Positions 49,495-59,363 of a stretch of 64,000 bases of DNA are shown here, one piece after another. Source of the stretch: a virus. Position numbers and translations under genes: made by a program. The notes below the pieces were generated by a model. It made no database searches, was not told the DNA's origin, and saw nothing but the letters and a program-made list of their open reading frames with translations. Positions within the stretch are counted from its first letter, which is position 1; the number at the start of each line of letters is the position of its first letter. The stretch spans positions 1 through 64,000 of the IMG/VR virus record IMGVR_UViG_3300009159_008491; one strand, given 5' to 3'.

Positions 49495-50357
49495 TAGTAT
49501 AATATTTCTTTTAATAATTCTGTTAGTTGTTGTGCTCTAACAAAATATGTATGATTATCTAAAACATGATTATACCCTTCATTAGATATGTTTTCTAGTT
49601 TATCTGTGTTTTTAAGATAGTAACTTATTTTATCTAACAAATCTTTTTCTGAATTATAAACCACTAAGTGTTTGTTTAAATCAAATAATTTTTCTAAACT
49701 GGGAGTATGATTTGTAAAAAGCGTTGTTTTGCATCCAAGAGTTTCGAATGTTCTAAAGTTAATATCATCAGCTAAGTTTCTATTAAAATGAATCTTGTAA
49801 GAATTTATGGCTTTTACCATATCGTTCCCAATTACAAAAACATCTTCTCTTAACCTATATTTACTTTTTATTAGATCAATCCAATTTTTTCTATTAAGAT
49901 AGTTTCCACAAAATCCAATGTCATATTTTTTTTCTATTTCTGACATTGGAAAAATTAAATCATCAGGATATGCATTCGGAAACCAAATTGTTTGTTGCTT
50001 TTTAAAATATGTTTGATGATGTTCTATAGCACATAAAACCAATTGTATTTTATGTTTATTACAAGTATCTACATGTTGCTGTGGAACACAGTGAGAATCA
50101 ATCGACCAAAAAATTTTGAATTTTTTACTTTGAGATAAATCTGGAATCCAGCCGTTTATTTCATAGTTTTCCAACAATATGATAACATCACATTTTTCCT
50201 CCAGTTCTTTAAATGAAATATTGAAGTTATCGTAGTTTAAACCCCATACAACAGAATCATGACCCAATTTCTTTAAAGCTCTACTTAAATTGAGTGCCTC
50301 CCTAAATTCTTGATTTGCTAAGTGCCTTCCTTTTTCCTGTATTAATAAAAAATTCAT
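49494..50357 (-). CDS. CgeB-like glycosyltransferase (Glyco_trans_1_2)
   Basis: YDIGFCG, INFRTFE, HTYFVRA. Confidence 0.8.
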   Translation of the reverse strand: MNFLLIQEKGRHLANQEFREALNLSRALKKLGHDSVVWGLNYDNFNISFKELEEKCDVIILLENYEINGWIPDLSQSKKFKIFWSIDSHCVPQQHVDTCNKHKIQLVLCAIEHHQTYFKKQQTIWFPNAYPDDLIFPMSEIEKKYDIGFCGNYLNRKNWIDLIKSKYRLREDVFVIGNDMVKAINSYKIHFNRNLADDINFRTFETLGCKTTLFTNHTPSLEKLFDLNKHLVVYNSEKDLLDKISYYLKNTDKLENISNEGYNHVLDNHTYFVRAQQLTELLKEILY

Positions 50358-51025
50358 TATAATGCTAGATCAAAATTATTTTTTTTTCTTTTTTCATAAT
50401 TCACTTTATCAACATTATTAAATGAATCATTTTTTACTTGTAAATTATCCCACTTTTCTCCTAACCATACCGGATGTTCATGTTTAATTATTACATGTGG
50501 TATGTATTTTACTTTATTAAGTATTCTAGAAACATCTGTAAATTCAGTATCACACCAAAGACTTACATATGTGGGGTTATATATATAACCAAATCGATCA
50601 TAATATTTTTTGCCAAGTATGGATAATGTATTTAAGTTTGAACCTTGATATCCATCGTTAAACCATAAAACTCCATCAGTATCTGGAAAGAATTTTTTAA
50701 AACTTTGTTTAATTATTGTATCATATCCTTTTTCTTGAGGTATCATGTCATCAGAAGCAAGTAAAATCATATCATAATCATTATCATTCATATCAGCATT
50801 AATTGCCTCTATTTTGTTTTTATTATTTCCAAAGTAGAATTTTAGATTTTCATATTCTTTAAATTTGTTTATAATAATTTCATTATTCATTGTAGAATCG
50901 TCAGCGTCACAACTGATTATGAATCTAGTATTTGACAAATCATCCAAAAGATTATAATATTTATCTAAAACTAAAAAAAACTTATCAGGTCTTGATCTTG
51001 TAGGGAATTTAATTAGTAATTTCAT
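50357..51025 (-). CDS. GT2-like glycosyltransferase
   Basis: KFPTRSRP, LASDDM, WCDTEF, HEHP. Confidence 0.75.
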   Translation of the reverse strand: MKLLIKFPTRSRPDKFFLVLDKYYNLLDDLSNTRFIISCDADDSTMNNEIIINKFKEYENLKFYFGNNKNKIEAINADMNDNDYDMILLASDDMIPQEKGYDTIIKQSFKKFFPDTDGVLWFNDGYQGSNLNTLSILGKKYYDRFGYIYNPTYVSLWCDTEFTDVSRILNKVKYIPHVIIKHEHPVWLGEKWDNLQVKNDSFNNVDKVNYEKRKKNNFDLAL

Positions 51026-51713
51026 TTGTAATTTGTGATTTTATTAAAAATTTCATTCTGTCAATATTTAAAATTTTAAAATTAAAGTTAATAATTTCAT
51101 TTCTATTTTCAAAAATTAGTTCTATTGTTTTGCTTTGTTCAAAACAAGCCATTAAGTTTTTGGGGTAATTATCAAATATTTGTAAATTATTCTCAAGCTC
51201 AATAGTATCAGAAAAATTTATATTTTTTATAAACTTTAAAAGTTCTTTTCCTCTATATACTGTTCCGTCTAAATTAAACGGATAACCAAAGTCCATATAG
51301 TGCTTTGACCAGTCCCAAATTAAAATTCCATCATCTTCTCTTTCAGATATGAAAACATTATCGCAACCCATATTAGAACAATATGTTATATTTTTTCCAA
51401 GACCTAATCCGAAGCAAAATATTTCTTGATATAAAAGTGTATTTTTTATTTTTTCTATATCAACCCTGTCATAGAAAAATTTATTTTCATCAATTATTGT
51501 AAAATTATTTTTGACATCATTTTCAATAATTTCAACTAATTGCCTTTTTAAATCATTAACAACCAAAACATTATATTTATTTTGACTGTCTTTTAAAAGA
51601 TTATTTTGATCTAAAATTGCAATTGAATATTCTCCAATAACTTGATTTTCAATACTTTTAATGAGTAAATCAAGATTTTCTAAGTTTCTGTTTAAAATAA
51701 TTATAAATTTCAT
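51009..51713 (-). CDS. GT-A-like protein
   Basis: DFGYPFNLDG; cluster context. Confidence 0.45.
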   Translation of the reverse strand: MKFIIILNRNLENLDLLIKSIENQVIGEYSIAILDQNNLLKDSQNKYNVLVVNDLKRQLVEIIENDVKNNFTIIDENKFFYDRVDIEKIKNTLLYQEIFCFGLGLGKNITYCSNMGCDNVFISEREDDGILIWDWSKHYMDFGYPFNLDGTVYRGKELLKFIKNINFSDTIELENNLQIFDNYPKNLMACFEQSKTIELIFENRNEIINFNFKILNIDRMKFLIKSQITNEITN

Positions 51714-52540
51714 AATAATAGTGGTTTTTTATTTTGAATTAAATCTTGTGTATTATAATATAAATCTGAATTTGTTTTTTCAGAATTAATTGGATTGTCT
51801 ACATTATAGATATAAATGACATCTTTTATATGTAAAACATTATTAAAACCAGCTAATTCTGCTAAAGGATAAAAAATAGCCATGTTTGAACAACATGAAA
51901 ACCAACTTCCATTTTCATCTGTGAAACTATTAAATAGGGGATCAGTTTCCATGAATTTTGAGTACAAAGAATTTTTAAAAGTAATAGGATGTGAAAGTTT
52001 TGAAGTAATTCTCCTTAGAACAGAAAATTCTTTTTCTGAATAAGGTCCAGAATAGCACTTTTTTCCATCTGATAATTTTGCTGAACCATAAGTTAATAAA
52101 CAGTTAGTCTGATTATAATAATCATTTATTTTACTTAGTACGTTTTTATTTACTAACCAATCATCTCCATATAATATAAATATAATATCATCTGGATCCT
52201 GACTTGCATTTATTATTGCATTATGTATATTGGGCAAAGCAGTTAATCTTTTGTTTGATCTCCAAGCATTTACTTTGTTGCACTTTGTTATTTCTAATAT
52301 TGGATGAATTTCAGTAATAATCAATTCTCCTTTTTCATCTCTTACTGGTTCATTGTTTTCATCAGTTTGATATGTACAGGCAGGTATTTTATTATAACTA
52401 TCATCAGTTGATGAATCGTCTATAAATAAAACATCATAATTATCATAATCTTGAGTTAGGACTGAATTTATACACATATCTAAAAAATCGCCCGGATTGT
52501 GGAAAGGAATAATAACCTTTATTTTATTGTTTTTTGACAT
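51710..52540 (-). CDS. GT2 glycosyltransferase
   Basis: VIIPFHN..CINSVLTQ..IDDSSTD..GDDWL. Confidence 0.85.
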   Translation of the reverse strand: MSKNNKIKVIIPFHNPGDFLDMCINSVLTQDYDNYDVLFIDDSSTDDSYNKIPACTYQTDENNEPVRDEKGELIITEIHPILEITKCNKVNAWRSNKRLTALPNIHNAIINASQDPDDIIFILYGDDWLVNKNVLSKINDYYNQTNCLLTYGSAKLSDGKKCYSGPYSEKEFSVLRRITSKLSHPITFKNSLYSKFMETDPLFNSFTDENGSWFSCCSNMAIFYPLAELAGFNNVLHIKDVIYIYNVDNPINSEKTNSDLYYNTQDLIQNKKPLLL

Positions 52541-52620
52541 GTCTCAAAAGTATAAATAAACTTTTTAATAGAAATAATAGTTTTTAAAAAATTCTTTCTA
52601 TTTATATGAAAATATTAAAT

Positions 52621-52983
52621 ATGAAGACCAATAAAATATCTAAAGATTTTATTTTAGAATCTATTGAAAAGCAAGCTAAAATATACGCTAGAAAATCTGA
52701 ATTATATGATTTAATTAAAGAGGTAAATGAAGAATTAAAACAATTAAATGAAAATTCTCCTATTGCTTCTTTTGGTTTTATAGCATCAAATGATGCTTTT
52801 GGAATGGGAAAAGCTGCAAGAACAGGCTTTGTTAATACTCCAAATATTTCTTATATAGCTCAACTTGAACAAGAAATGAATTCTAATAATATAAATGAAG
52901 AGAATTTAATGGAAATTGATGAGCTGAAAAAAGAAAATGACGCTTTAAAAAAAGAATTAGAAGATTTAAAAAAGAAAAAATAA
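52621..52983 (+). CDS. Coiled-coil protein, putative head-internal (start probably ATG 52621)
   Basis: TATTTAT abuts ATG 52606 but lies 15 nt before ATG 52621; LxE/IxE-rich. Confidence 0.55.
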   Translation: MKTNKISKDFILESIEKQAKIYARKSELYDLIKEVNEELKQLNENSPIASFGFIASNDAFGMGKAARTGFVNTPNISYIAQLEQEMNSNNINEENLMEIDELKKENDALKKELEDLKKKK

Positions 52984-53041
52984 TTTTTTTACATATTTAG
53001 TATTATATACTTAATTCAATTAATTAAAAAATTCAAATAAA

Positions 53042-53680
53042 ATGAAAATAACAAAATCACAGCTTGTACAAATAATTAAAGAAGAAGCTGCAAGTTTCAA
53101 AAAAGAATTGACTCTTAAAAAGCAGTTAGCTGAAATTGAAAAACAATTAAACGAAGTTCATGCTGGAGCTGAAATGAGTTCAACCTCAAATAATGGTGTT
53201 CATGCTGGTCAAAAGAAACCTGTTTTCAATAAAAAAGGTTCTAGTTTAATTGAGATTGAAGATGAAATGCAAAATCAAGAAGCTATTCTTGATGCTTTAA
53301 AAACTATTGCTGCAGCTTGTGGTTTAACAGGGACAATTGAATTAGCTGGAGAAGAAGAATCTGGTGAAGAGGGCGAAGAAGAAGTTGATGTTGATGTGAT
53401 TGAGCCTGCTGAAGAAGAAGAAGAAGAAGAAGAAGAAGAAGAAGGTGAAGGCGAAGAAGAAACTGAAACTGAGACTGAGACTGAGACTGAGACTGAGGCT
53501 GAAATGGAAGAAGGTGAAATGGAAGAAGGTCGTGGCATTGTGAATCAAGAAGGCGAAATGGAAGAAGGAGAAATGGAAGAAGAAGGTCGTGCTATTGTGA
53601 ATCAAGAAGAAGAAGGTAAAATGATGAATGAATCTGTTGAAAGAAAAAGAATGATGCAACTTGCTGGTCTTAAAAAATAA
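53042..53680 (+). CDS. Highly acidic putative scaffold/head-internal protein
   Basis: MKITKSQLVQIIKEE N-terminus, poly-E, MEE repeats, C-term RMMQLAGLKK. Confidence 0.55.
   Translation: MKITKSQLVQIIKEEAASFKKELTLKKQLAEIEKQLNEVHAGAEMSSTSNNGVHAGQKKPVFNKKGSSLIEIEDEMQNQEAILDALKTIAAACGLTGTIELAGEEESGEEGEEEVDVDVIEPAEEEEEEEEEEEGEGEEETETETETETETEAEMEEGEMEEGRGIVNQEGEMEEGEMEEEGRAIVNQEEEGKMMNESVERKRMMQLAGLKK
53411..53496 (+). repeat. In-frame microsatellites (GAA)11 and (ACTGAG)-type hexamer run
   Basis: gaa x11 from 53411; actgaa(actgag)x5 from 53462. Confidence 0.85.
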
Positions 53681-53710
53681 ACTACCACTACTCTTTATAT
53701 AAATAAAATT

Positions 53711-53735
53711 AGCCCGGAGAAATCTGGGCTTTTTT
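53711..53735 (+). terminator. Intrinsic terminator
   Basis: AGCCCGGA-GAAA-TCTGGGCT-TTTTT. Confidence 0.85.
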
Positions 53736-53757
53736 ATTGCTTATATTTTTACAAAAT

Positions 53758-53787
53758 AAAAAAAACCCGACTTAAAAAAATCGGGTT
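53758..53787 (-). terminator. Intrinsic terminator
   Basis: AACCCGA-N10-TCGGGTT then a T-run on the minus strand. Confidence 0.75.
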
Positions 53788-53811
53788 ATTAAAAATTATT
53801 ATTTTAAAATA

Positions 53812-54027
53812 CTAATACAATAAGTTATTTGTGGATCTTTGATGCATTTCAAAAATTGAACCACAGCAAGTACAATTATAAACTTTTACTTTTTTTACTT
53901 TTGGTTGTTGGTTTGATGACTCATTTAAGAGTTGACTATTATTTTCAACAATAGTCTTTACTGATTCTGCAAATACTGGATTTGAACATCCATTGGGACA
54001 ATTTACCCTATTAATTAATTCTGCCAT
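53812..54027 (-). CDS. Small zinc-ribbon protein
   Basis: CPNGC ... CTCCG. Confidence 0.7.
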   Translation of the reverse strand: MAELINRVNCPNGCSNPVFAESVKTIVENNSQLLNESSNQQPKVKKVKVYNCTCCGSIFEMHQRSTNNLLY

Positions 54028-54059
54028 TTTACTTATGTTTTACAATAAATAGTATTAAA

Positions 54060-54767
54060 TTATTTATACTTATCTAAAATCTTGCTTATTACCTTATTTC
54101 TAACAATATCATTTTCAGAGAATTTAAAAACACCTATTTCTTCGATATCTGATAATCTATTTAAAGCATCATATAATCCAGTTTCTTTTGTATCTTTATA
54201 TCTATCAGATTGTTCAAGATCACCGCTTATAATGAATTTTGAATTATATCCTATTCTAGTTAATAATGTTTTAACTTGTCTTGGAGTAGCATTTTGAAAT
54301 TCCTCTGCTATTACTATAGCATTATCAATATTTATACCCCTCATAAAAGCAAGTGGTATAACTTTAATATATTCTCTTTCAATTAAACTTTGAACTCTAC
54401 TTTTACCTAAAGCTTTCTCAAAAAGATAGATAGAAGAGTATATATATGGTTCCATCTTTTCCTCTAGTGAACCTTTTAAATAGCCAAGTTTTTCATCAGC
54501 TTCTACTGCTGGTGTACATAATATAATTTGATAAAAATCATTATTAGGATCTTTTAAAATTTCTAGTGCTTTTAGAATAGAAATCATTGATTTCCCAACT
54601 CCTGCGGGACCAGAACAAATAATTATTTCTTTGTTATCAATTAAATTTAAAAATTCTTTTTGACTATTATTTTTTGGTTGATAGTAAAGATCTCCTATTA
54701 AAATTTCAAGATCTTTTTTTGTCTCAGTTTGATAGTATGAGTTTGGTTTTTTCTTTTTTGATGGCAT
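54060..54767 (-). CDS. phoH: PhoH-like ATPase
   Basis: GPAGVGKS, EKLGYLKG, PLAFMRG, EEFQN, LTRIG, GDLEQSD, DIVRN. Confidence 0.93.
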   Translation of the reverse strand: MPSKKKKPNSYYQTETKKDLEILIGDLYYQPKNNSQKEFLNLIDNKEIIICSGPAGVGKSMISILKALEILKDPNNDFYQIILCTPAVEADEKLGYLKGSLEEKMEPYIYSSIYLFEKALGKSRVQSLIEREYIKVIPLAFMRGINIDNAIVIAEEFQNATPRQVKTLLTRIGYNSKFIISGDLEQSDRYKDTKETGLYDALNRLSDIEEIGVFKFSENDIVRNKVISKILDKYK

Positions 54768-54885
54768 AAAAAACTTATTTATTTATAAATATACTATAAA
54801 TATTATTATATGTGATTATTAGATTAAATTATAAATTTAAAAAATAATATTTTAGTAAACTATTTATTTAAATAAATCTCAAAAG

Positions 54886-55785
54886 ATGAAAAAAAACATT
54901 TCAGTTCAAGAAATTGAAGAAATTATTAAAAATAAGCTTCGTCAAAATGGAGTTTTGGATATAGTTGGTCAAGAAAAAGTTTCAGAAATAAAAAATAAAA
55001 TCAAAGATATTCTGGAAAATGGAAAGAAATTACAAGAAGTGGAAGCTCAAAATCCGACAGCAGCACAACCTGCTCCTGAAAAAGTACAAACTTCTAACCC
55101 TAATATAACTGTAAAAACTACTGAAGATCCTGAGAAAACTGAGATAGTAAAAAAAGAAACAGAGATTGAAATAAAACAGAGAGAATTATTACAAAAAGAA
55201 TTTGAATTAGAGCAAAAAGAAAAAGAATTACAACAGAGAGAAAAAGAATTAAGTTATAGACCAGAAATGCCGGAAGTTCTCAAGAATATAGAACCAGAAT
55301 CAATTATTGTTTTTAGTGAAAATGAATTAAGTCTTGGTTCAGAAAGTTTATCTAATAGAAAATTCAGAATGAAATCTGACCCTGATGATAAAAAATCTAT
55401 TCATGATTTATGGTTATTAAGTGCTATAACTAAGGCTAATGTTTATGTGGTTGAATTAAAAAAAATAGGCGATCTTATTTTTAATCCTTATGAAGGTAAT
55501 GCTACTTTTGAGAATGTAACTGAATTACTTGAGTTGCCTAAACTTGATGATGAATATGAAATGAATCATAATGTAGAACAAGCAGTCCAAAGTCAACAAC
55601 CAAAAGAAGAAATGCTTGATGCTATAAAACCTATTACAGATGTAAGTCAACCAATAATGAATGTTGATGAATTAGAAAAAGAAAAGTTTCATAATAATTT
55701 TAAAGATGCTATTTCAAAGATAGTAAGTGATGAACTTAATAAAATTAGTAGTCAAACTACAAAAAAGAATATTTTTAGCTTATGA
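54886..55785 (+). CDS. Acidic coiled-coil hypothetical protein
   Basis: 299 aa, E/K-rich; TATTTAT upstream. Confidence 0.6.
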   Translation: MKKNISVQEIEEIIKNKLRQNGVLDIVGQEKVSEIKNKIKDILENGKKLQEVEAQNPTAAQPAPEKVQTSNPNITVKTTEDPEKTEIVKKETEIEIKQRELLQKEFELEQKEKELQQREKELSYRPEMPEVLKNIEPESIIVFSENELSLGSESLSNRKFRMKSDPDDKKSIHDLWLLSAITKANVYVVELKKIGDLIFNPYEGNATFENVTELLELPKLDDEYEMNHNVEQAVQSQQPKEEMLDAIKPITDVSQPIMNVDELEKEKFHNNFKDAISKIVSDELNKISSQTTKKNIFSL

Positions 55786-56252
55786 TAATTTCTGAAACAT
55801 ATAAGAGTAGATTAAGAGAGCTAAGCGGAATTGTTAACGAAATAGAACTTAAAGCCACCTCCGGTAGAAGTGGTGTTAATACATTAAGTTATTTTGTTGA
55901 AGAATATCTTCTTAATCTAGGTGGTATGATTTTAGATATATTGAATAAAAAAACTGAAGAAAATCCAAATAAAAATTTTAAAATAAATCAACCAGAAAAT
56001 AAAATTTCAAACAATTCGCTTTTCATGTCTTTTCAGATTGAAGATTTAACAGATAAAAATAATGTTAAAGAAATCAATTTTAATTTGAATTTGTTGGTGA
56101 AATTAGAATCTAATTCTAATACGGTTGCTATCTTGAAATATGAAAATGTTAATGATGAATTTAATTTACAATCTAAACATTCAGAACAAGATATTCAAGA
56201 CTTTTTAAATGAAATTACAACAAGAGTATTTAATATAGAAAAAACTGCTTAA
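55782..56252 (+). CDS. Hypothetical protein with RLRELSGI motif
   Basis: ATGA overlap; N-term ISETYKSRLRELSGI. Confidence 0.6.
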   Translation: MIISETYKSRLRELSGIVNEIELKATSGRSGVNTLSYFVEEYLLNLGGMILDILNKKTEENPNKNFKINQPENKISNNSLFMSFQIEDLTDKNNVKEINFNLNLLVKLESNSNTVAILKYENVNDEFNLQSKHSEQDIQDFLNEITTRVFNIEKTA

Positions 56253-56299
56253 TATTCTTTTTTGTATTAAATTGAATTAATTTAATAAAAATAAATAAA

Positions 56300-56617
56300 A
56301 TGAATTACTGGAAAATTACAAATTTGTCTACACAAAATGCTAAGCTTATTGTTAGTACTGCCCCTAATCACTCAAAAGGTTTAGTGTTAAGACCGGGTGA
56401 ATTTTGCCTATCAAATCCAAAACAAACCCCTGTTATGGATGCTCAAATAAGAAGAAAATTAATTTCTGTTGAAAAAGATTTTGATAACTCAAAATATAAT
56501 TTCAAAATCGCTGAAGCTTATAATTTAGATATTTTAAACAATCTTATTCAAGAAGAAAATGATAAGATGAAAGAAGCAAAAGTTGATGCTGAAAATTATA
56601 TGAATAATCCTGAATAA
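56300..56617 (+). CDS. Hypothetical protein
   Basis: 105-aa ORF with an A-rich leader. Confidence 0.6.
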   Translation: MNYWKITNLSTQNAKLIVSTAPNHSKGLVLRPGEFCLSNPKQTPVMDAQIRRKLISVEKDFDNSKYNFKIAEAYNLDILNNLIQEENDKMKEAKVDAENYMNNPE

Positions 56618-56627
56618 AAATTTTTTT

Positions 56628-57206
56628 ATGAAAGAAACAATTGGTGGAATATCAAATGAATATTGTTATCTGAACTATAGTGATTTTAACAACATAACTA
56701 CTACTACAAGTTTAACTGGAACTAGTGGTAGTTATGTATATGATATAAATACAACAACTAATGTTCCATACAATTATACTTATGTAAATGGTTCTAATAG
56801 TAGTAATATTATATCATTAAATGCAGATTATTTTAAAGACGGATTAATTAAGAATTTATTAGATAGATTCATTGAAATAAGAAGTTTGATAAAAAAACAA
56901 TCTTTTTATGAAATTTTTAATGTTAAAAAAATCAGTTTTTTAAAAGATAAAACTAAAATTGTTTGCACGAAAGATATTGACATGGATTATATAAATGAAT
57001 TAAAAAGTGAATCAGTTTTGTTGTTGGAATGTATTGATGTTCCGACTGATAATTATAAGGAAAAAGCAATTAATCACAATAATCATAAGTTATCAGATTC
57101 TAATTTTATGTGGACAACTAATAATACATATTTTGCAGTTGCAGATAATCCTGTTAATATTAATTGGACTAATTCCATAAATAATACTATAACTTATACT
57201 ATTTAG
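56628..57206 (+). CDS. Hypothetical Asn/Thr-rich protein
   Basis: 192-aa ORF. Confidence 0.55.
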   Translation: MKETIGGISNEYCYLNYSDFNNITTTTSLTGTSGSYVYDINTTTNVPYNYTYVNGSNSSNIISLNADYFKDGLIKNLLDRFIEIRSLIKKQSFYEIFNVKKISFLKDKTKIVCTKDIDMDYINELKSESVLLLECIDVPTDNYKEKAINHNNHKLSDSNFMWTTNNTYFAVADNPVNINWTNSINNTITYTI

Positions 57207-57255
57207 TATTCTATTTGTTTTTTTTATTTATTATTTTTTCGGAAACAATTAATAT

Positions 57256-58518
57256 ATGTCAGATAACAAAATTAAAATTTTATTGGTGCCAAGTGATTTG
57301 GCAGGTGTAGGTCATTACAGAAACATTTGGCCGGGTCAAGAAATTAATAAAAAATTTGGAGATAGATTTAAAATTGAAATAGATCACACACCAGATTTTA
57401 ATGATGTAAACTTTTTCGCACAATTTGATATTGTACATTTCCATAGACAATTAGGTCAATTTGAAAATCAAGAAAAATTAATTAAAGAATTACGTAACAG
57501 AGGAGTTATCACAATTATGGATCTTGACGATTATTGGATGCCACCGAAAGAACATCCAATGTATGGAGCAGCTATAAAAGAAAGGCTTGCAGAAAAAGTT
57601 ACAGCAACATTTAAAATGGTTGATTATGTTACAACTACAACTGATATTTTTGCTAGTCATATAAAAAAATATAATCAAAATGTTGCAGTAATTCCAAATG
57701 CAATTGATATGTCTCATCCTATGTGGTCACAGGAAGATACAAGAAAATCAGATAGAATAAGAATCTCTTGGATCGGAGGATCTAGTCATGAAAAAGATTT
57801 AGAGTTACTTAAGAGTTCTATGAATATTCTTCATAATGATTCTAATCTAAATGGAAAATATCAAATAGTAATGTGTGGATATGATGTTAGAGGGTATATT
57901 ACTGAAGTAGACCAAAATGGTAATGTTATCAATAATAGAAAAATATTCCCACACGAAACAATATGGAATAAATTTGAATCAATATTCACTGATAATTATA
58001 ATACAAATTTAATTTCAGAATCTTATAAAAAATATTTATTAAGATATGAAAATATTAATTTTAAAGATCAAGATGTTTATGAAGGGCCATATGTTAGAAG
58101 ATGGACATTGCCATTAACTCAATATGGTAAACATTATAACTATTGTGATGTTTGTTTGGCCCCTCTTGCTGAAAATACTTTTAATGAAGTAAAATCCGAA
58201 TTAAAGATCATTGAGGCTGGACTGACTAAAAAAGTGTTAATAGCTCAAGAATACGGTATTTATAAAGATTTAATCAAACATGGTGAAAATGGTATTTTAA
58301 TACCAAAATCAAAAAATGTTAGAGGGTGGTACGAAGCCATAAAAAAGGTTGTTAATGATAAAGAGTACAGAGAAATGCTTTCAAGTAACTTGTATGATTT
58401 TGTAAAAGATAAATATACTCTTGAGGTAGTAACGGCAAAGAGAGTTGCTTGGTACGAAGAAATATTTGAAAAAAATAAGAAAAATAGTCTGATTTTAACG
58501 GAATCATTATCAAACTAA
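57256..58518 (+). CDS. GT-B (GT4-like) glycosyltransferase
   Basis: GVGHYR, MDLDDYW, IPNAID, WIGGSSH.KDL, LAPL..N.FN..KSELKIIEAG. Confidence 0.85.
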   Translation: MSDNKIKILLVPSDLAGVGHYRNIWPGQEINKKFGDRFKIEIDHTPDFNDVNFFAQFDIVHFHRQLGQFENQEKLIKELRNRGVITIMDLDDYWMPPKEHPMYGAAIKERLAEKVTATFKMVDYVTTTTDIFASHIKKYNQNVAVIPNAIDMSHPMWSQEDTRKSDRIRISWIGGSSHEKDLELLKSSMNILHNDSNLNGKYQIVMCGYDVRGYITEVDQNGNVINNRKIFPHETIWNKFESIFTDNYNTNLISESYKKYLLRYENINFKDQDVYEGPYVRRWTLPLTQYGKHYNYCDVCLAPLAENTFNEVKSELKIIEAGLTKKVLIAQEYGIYKDLIKHGENGILIPKSKNVRGWYEAIKKVVNDKEYREMLSSNLYDFVKDKYTLEVVTAKRVAWYEEIFEKNKKNSLILTESLSN

Positions 58519-58553
58519 TTAATTTCTAGATATTTATTATAAAAAATAATATA

Positions 58554-59363
58554 ATGAAGAATATTAGTTTAAACTTAGGTTCAATAAAAGATACTATTTT
58601 TAGATACTCATCTAAAACTATTATTAGCGAAGGTAAAAGTTCAAGTTTTGTTGATTTATTCATAAATGAGCTTAAAAACAAGCCTATTTTGAAGCTCCAG
58701 TACTTGATTTATAAAAATTTAGAGAATTCTAATTTTGAAAAAGAATATCTTGCCGAAAGATATCTTAATCAAAATATCAATCTAATTAAAGATTGTGATT
58801 GGAACGATATTCTTAAAGAAAACAAGTCATTTAGAACTGATATTTTAAAGAATTTTCATGTAGAAGGAGATAAAAATAAAGAAGAATTGTATGAGTGTAT
58901 ACATACTCTTATAAAATCAAAATCTATGAAAAATTTTACTGATTTTGATGATGAAAATAAAGCTTATGAATATGTTGTAAATTATTTAACTAAAAAAGAG
59001 TCTAATAACATTCAAGAAAACACCACTAATTCAGAAGAAAATGAGATTCCTAAATTGCTTTCTTGGAAGTATGTTACAGAATTAGCAGTAAATAGTTTTA
59101 ATGATAGATATGCTCATTTAAGTGAATCAGAACAAAGTTTACTTAAAATATTAATGTCTGATTCAGATTATAAAAATAATTACCTACAAGATCTTAAACA
59201 AGAAAATTTAAATTTAATTAATGGACTTTTAATTAAAGAATCTGATGATGAAGTTAAAAGTAATTTGATGAAATTTAAAAATAAAATTCAAGTTCTTAAA
59301 GAGGGTAATGTAGACGAATCAATAATTAACTTGTATGAGTTAAAAATGAATCTTGAAAATTAA
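58554..59363 (+). CDS. Hypothetical helical protein (probably late)
   Basis: 269 aa; TATTTAT 16 nt upstream. Confidence 0.6.
   Translation: MKNISLNLGSIKDTIFRYSSKTIISEGKSSSFVDLFINELKNKPILKLQYLIYKNLENSNFEKEYLAERYLNQNINLIKDCDWNDILKENKSFRTDILKNFHVEGDKNKEELYECIHTLIKSKSMKNFTDFDDENKAYEYVVNYLTKKESNNIQENTTNSEENEIPKLLSWKYVTELAVNSFNDRYAHLSESEQSLLKILMSDSDYKNNYLQDLKQENLNLINGLLIKESDDEVKSNLMKFKNKIQVLKEGNVDESIINLYELKMNLEN

Noticed and set aside
37189-52540. Bacterial O-antigen/capsule locus, or a DNA-hypermodification locus
   Set aside because: No flippase, polymerase or initiating transferase; embedded among phage genes; no hydroxymethylase or TET/JBP gene in the window; CCWGG avoidance suggests unprotected DNA. 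Genes outside the window cannot be excluded.
53275-53659. Antisense poly-Ser and poly-Phe ORFs
   Set aside because: Reverse complement of the GAA-rich acidic gene
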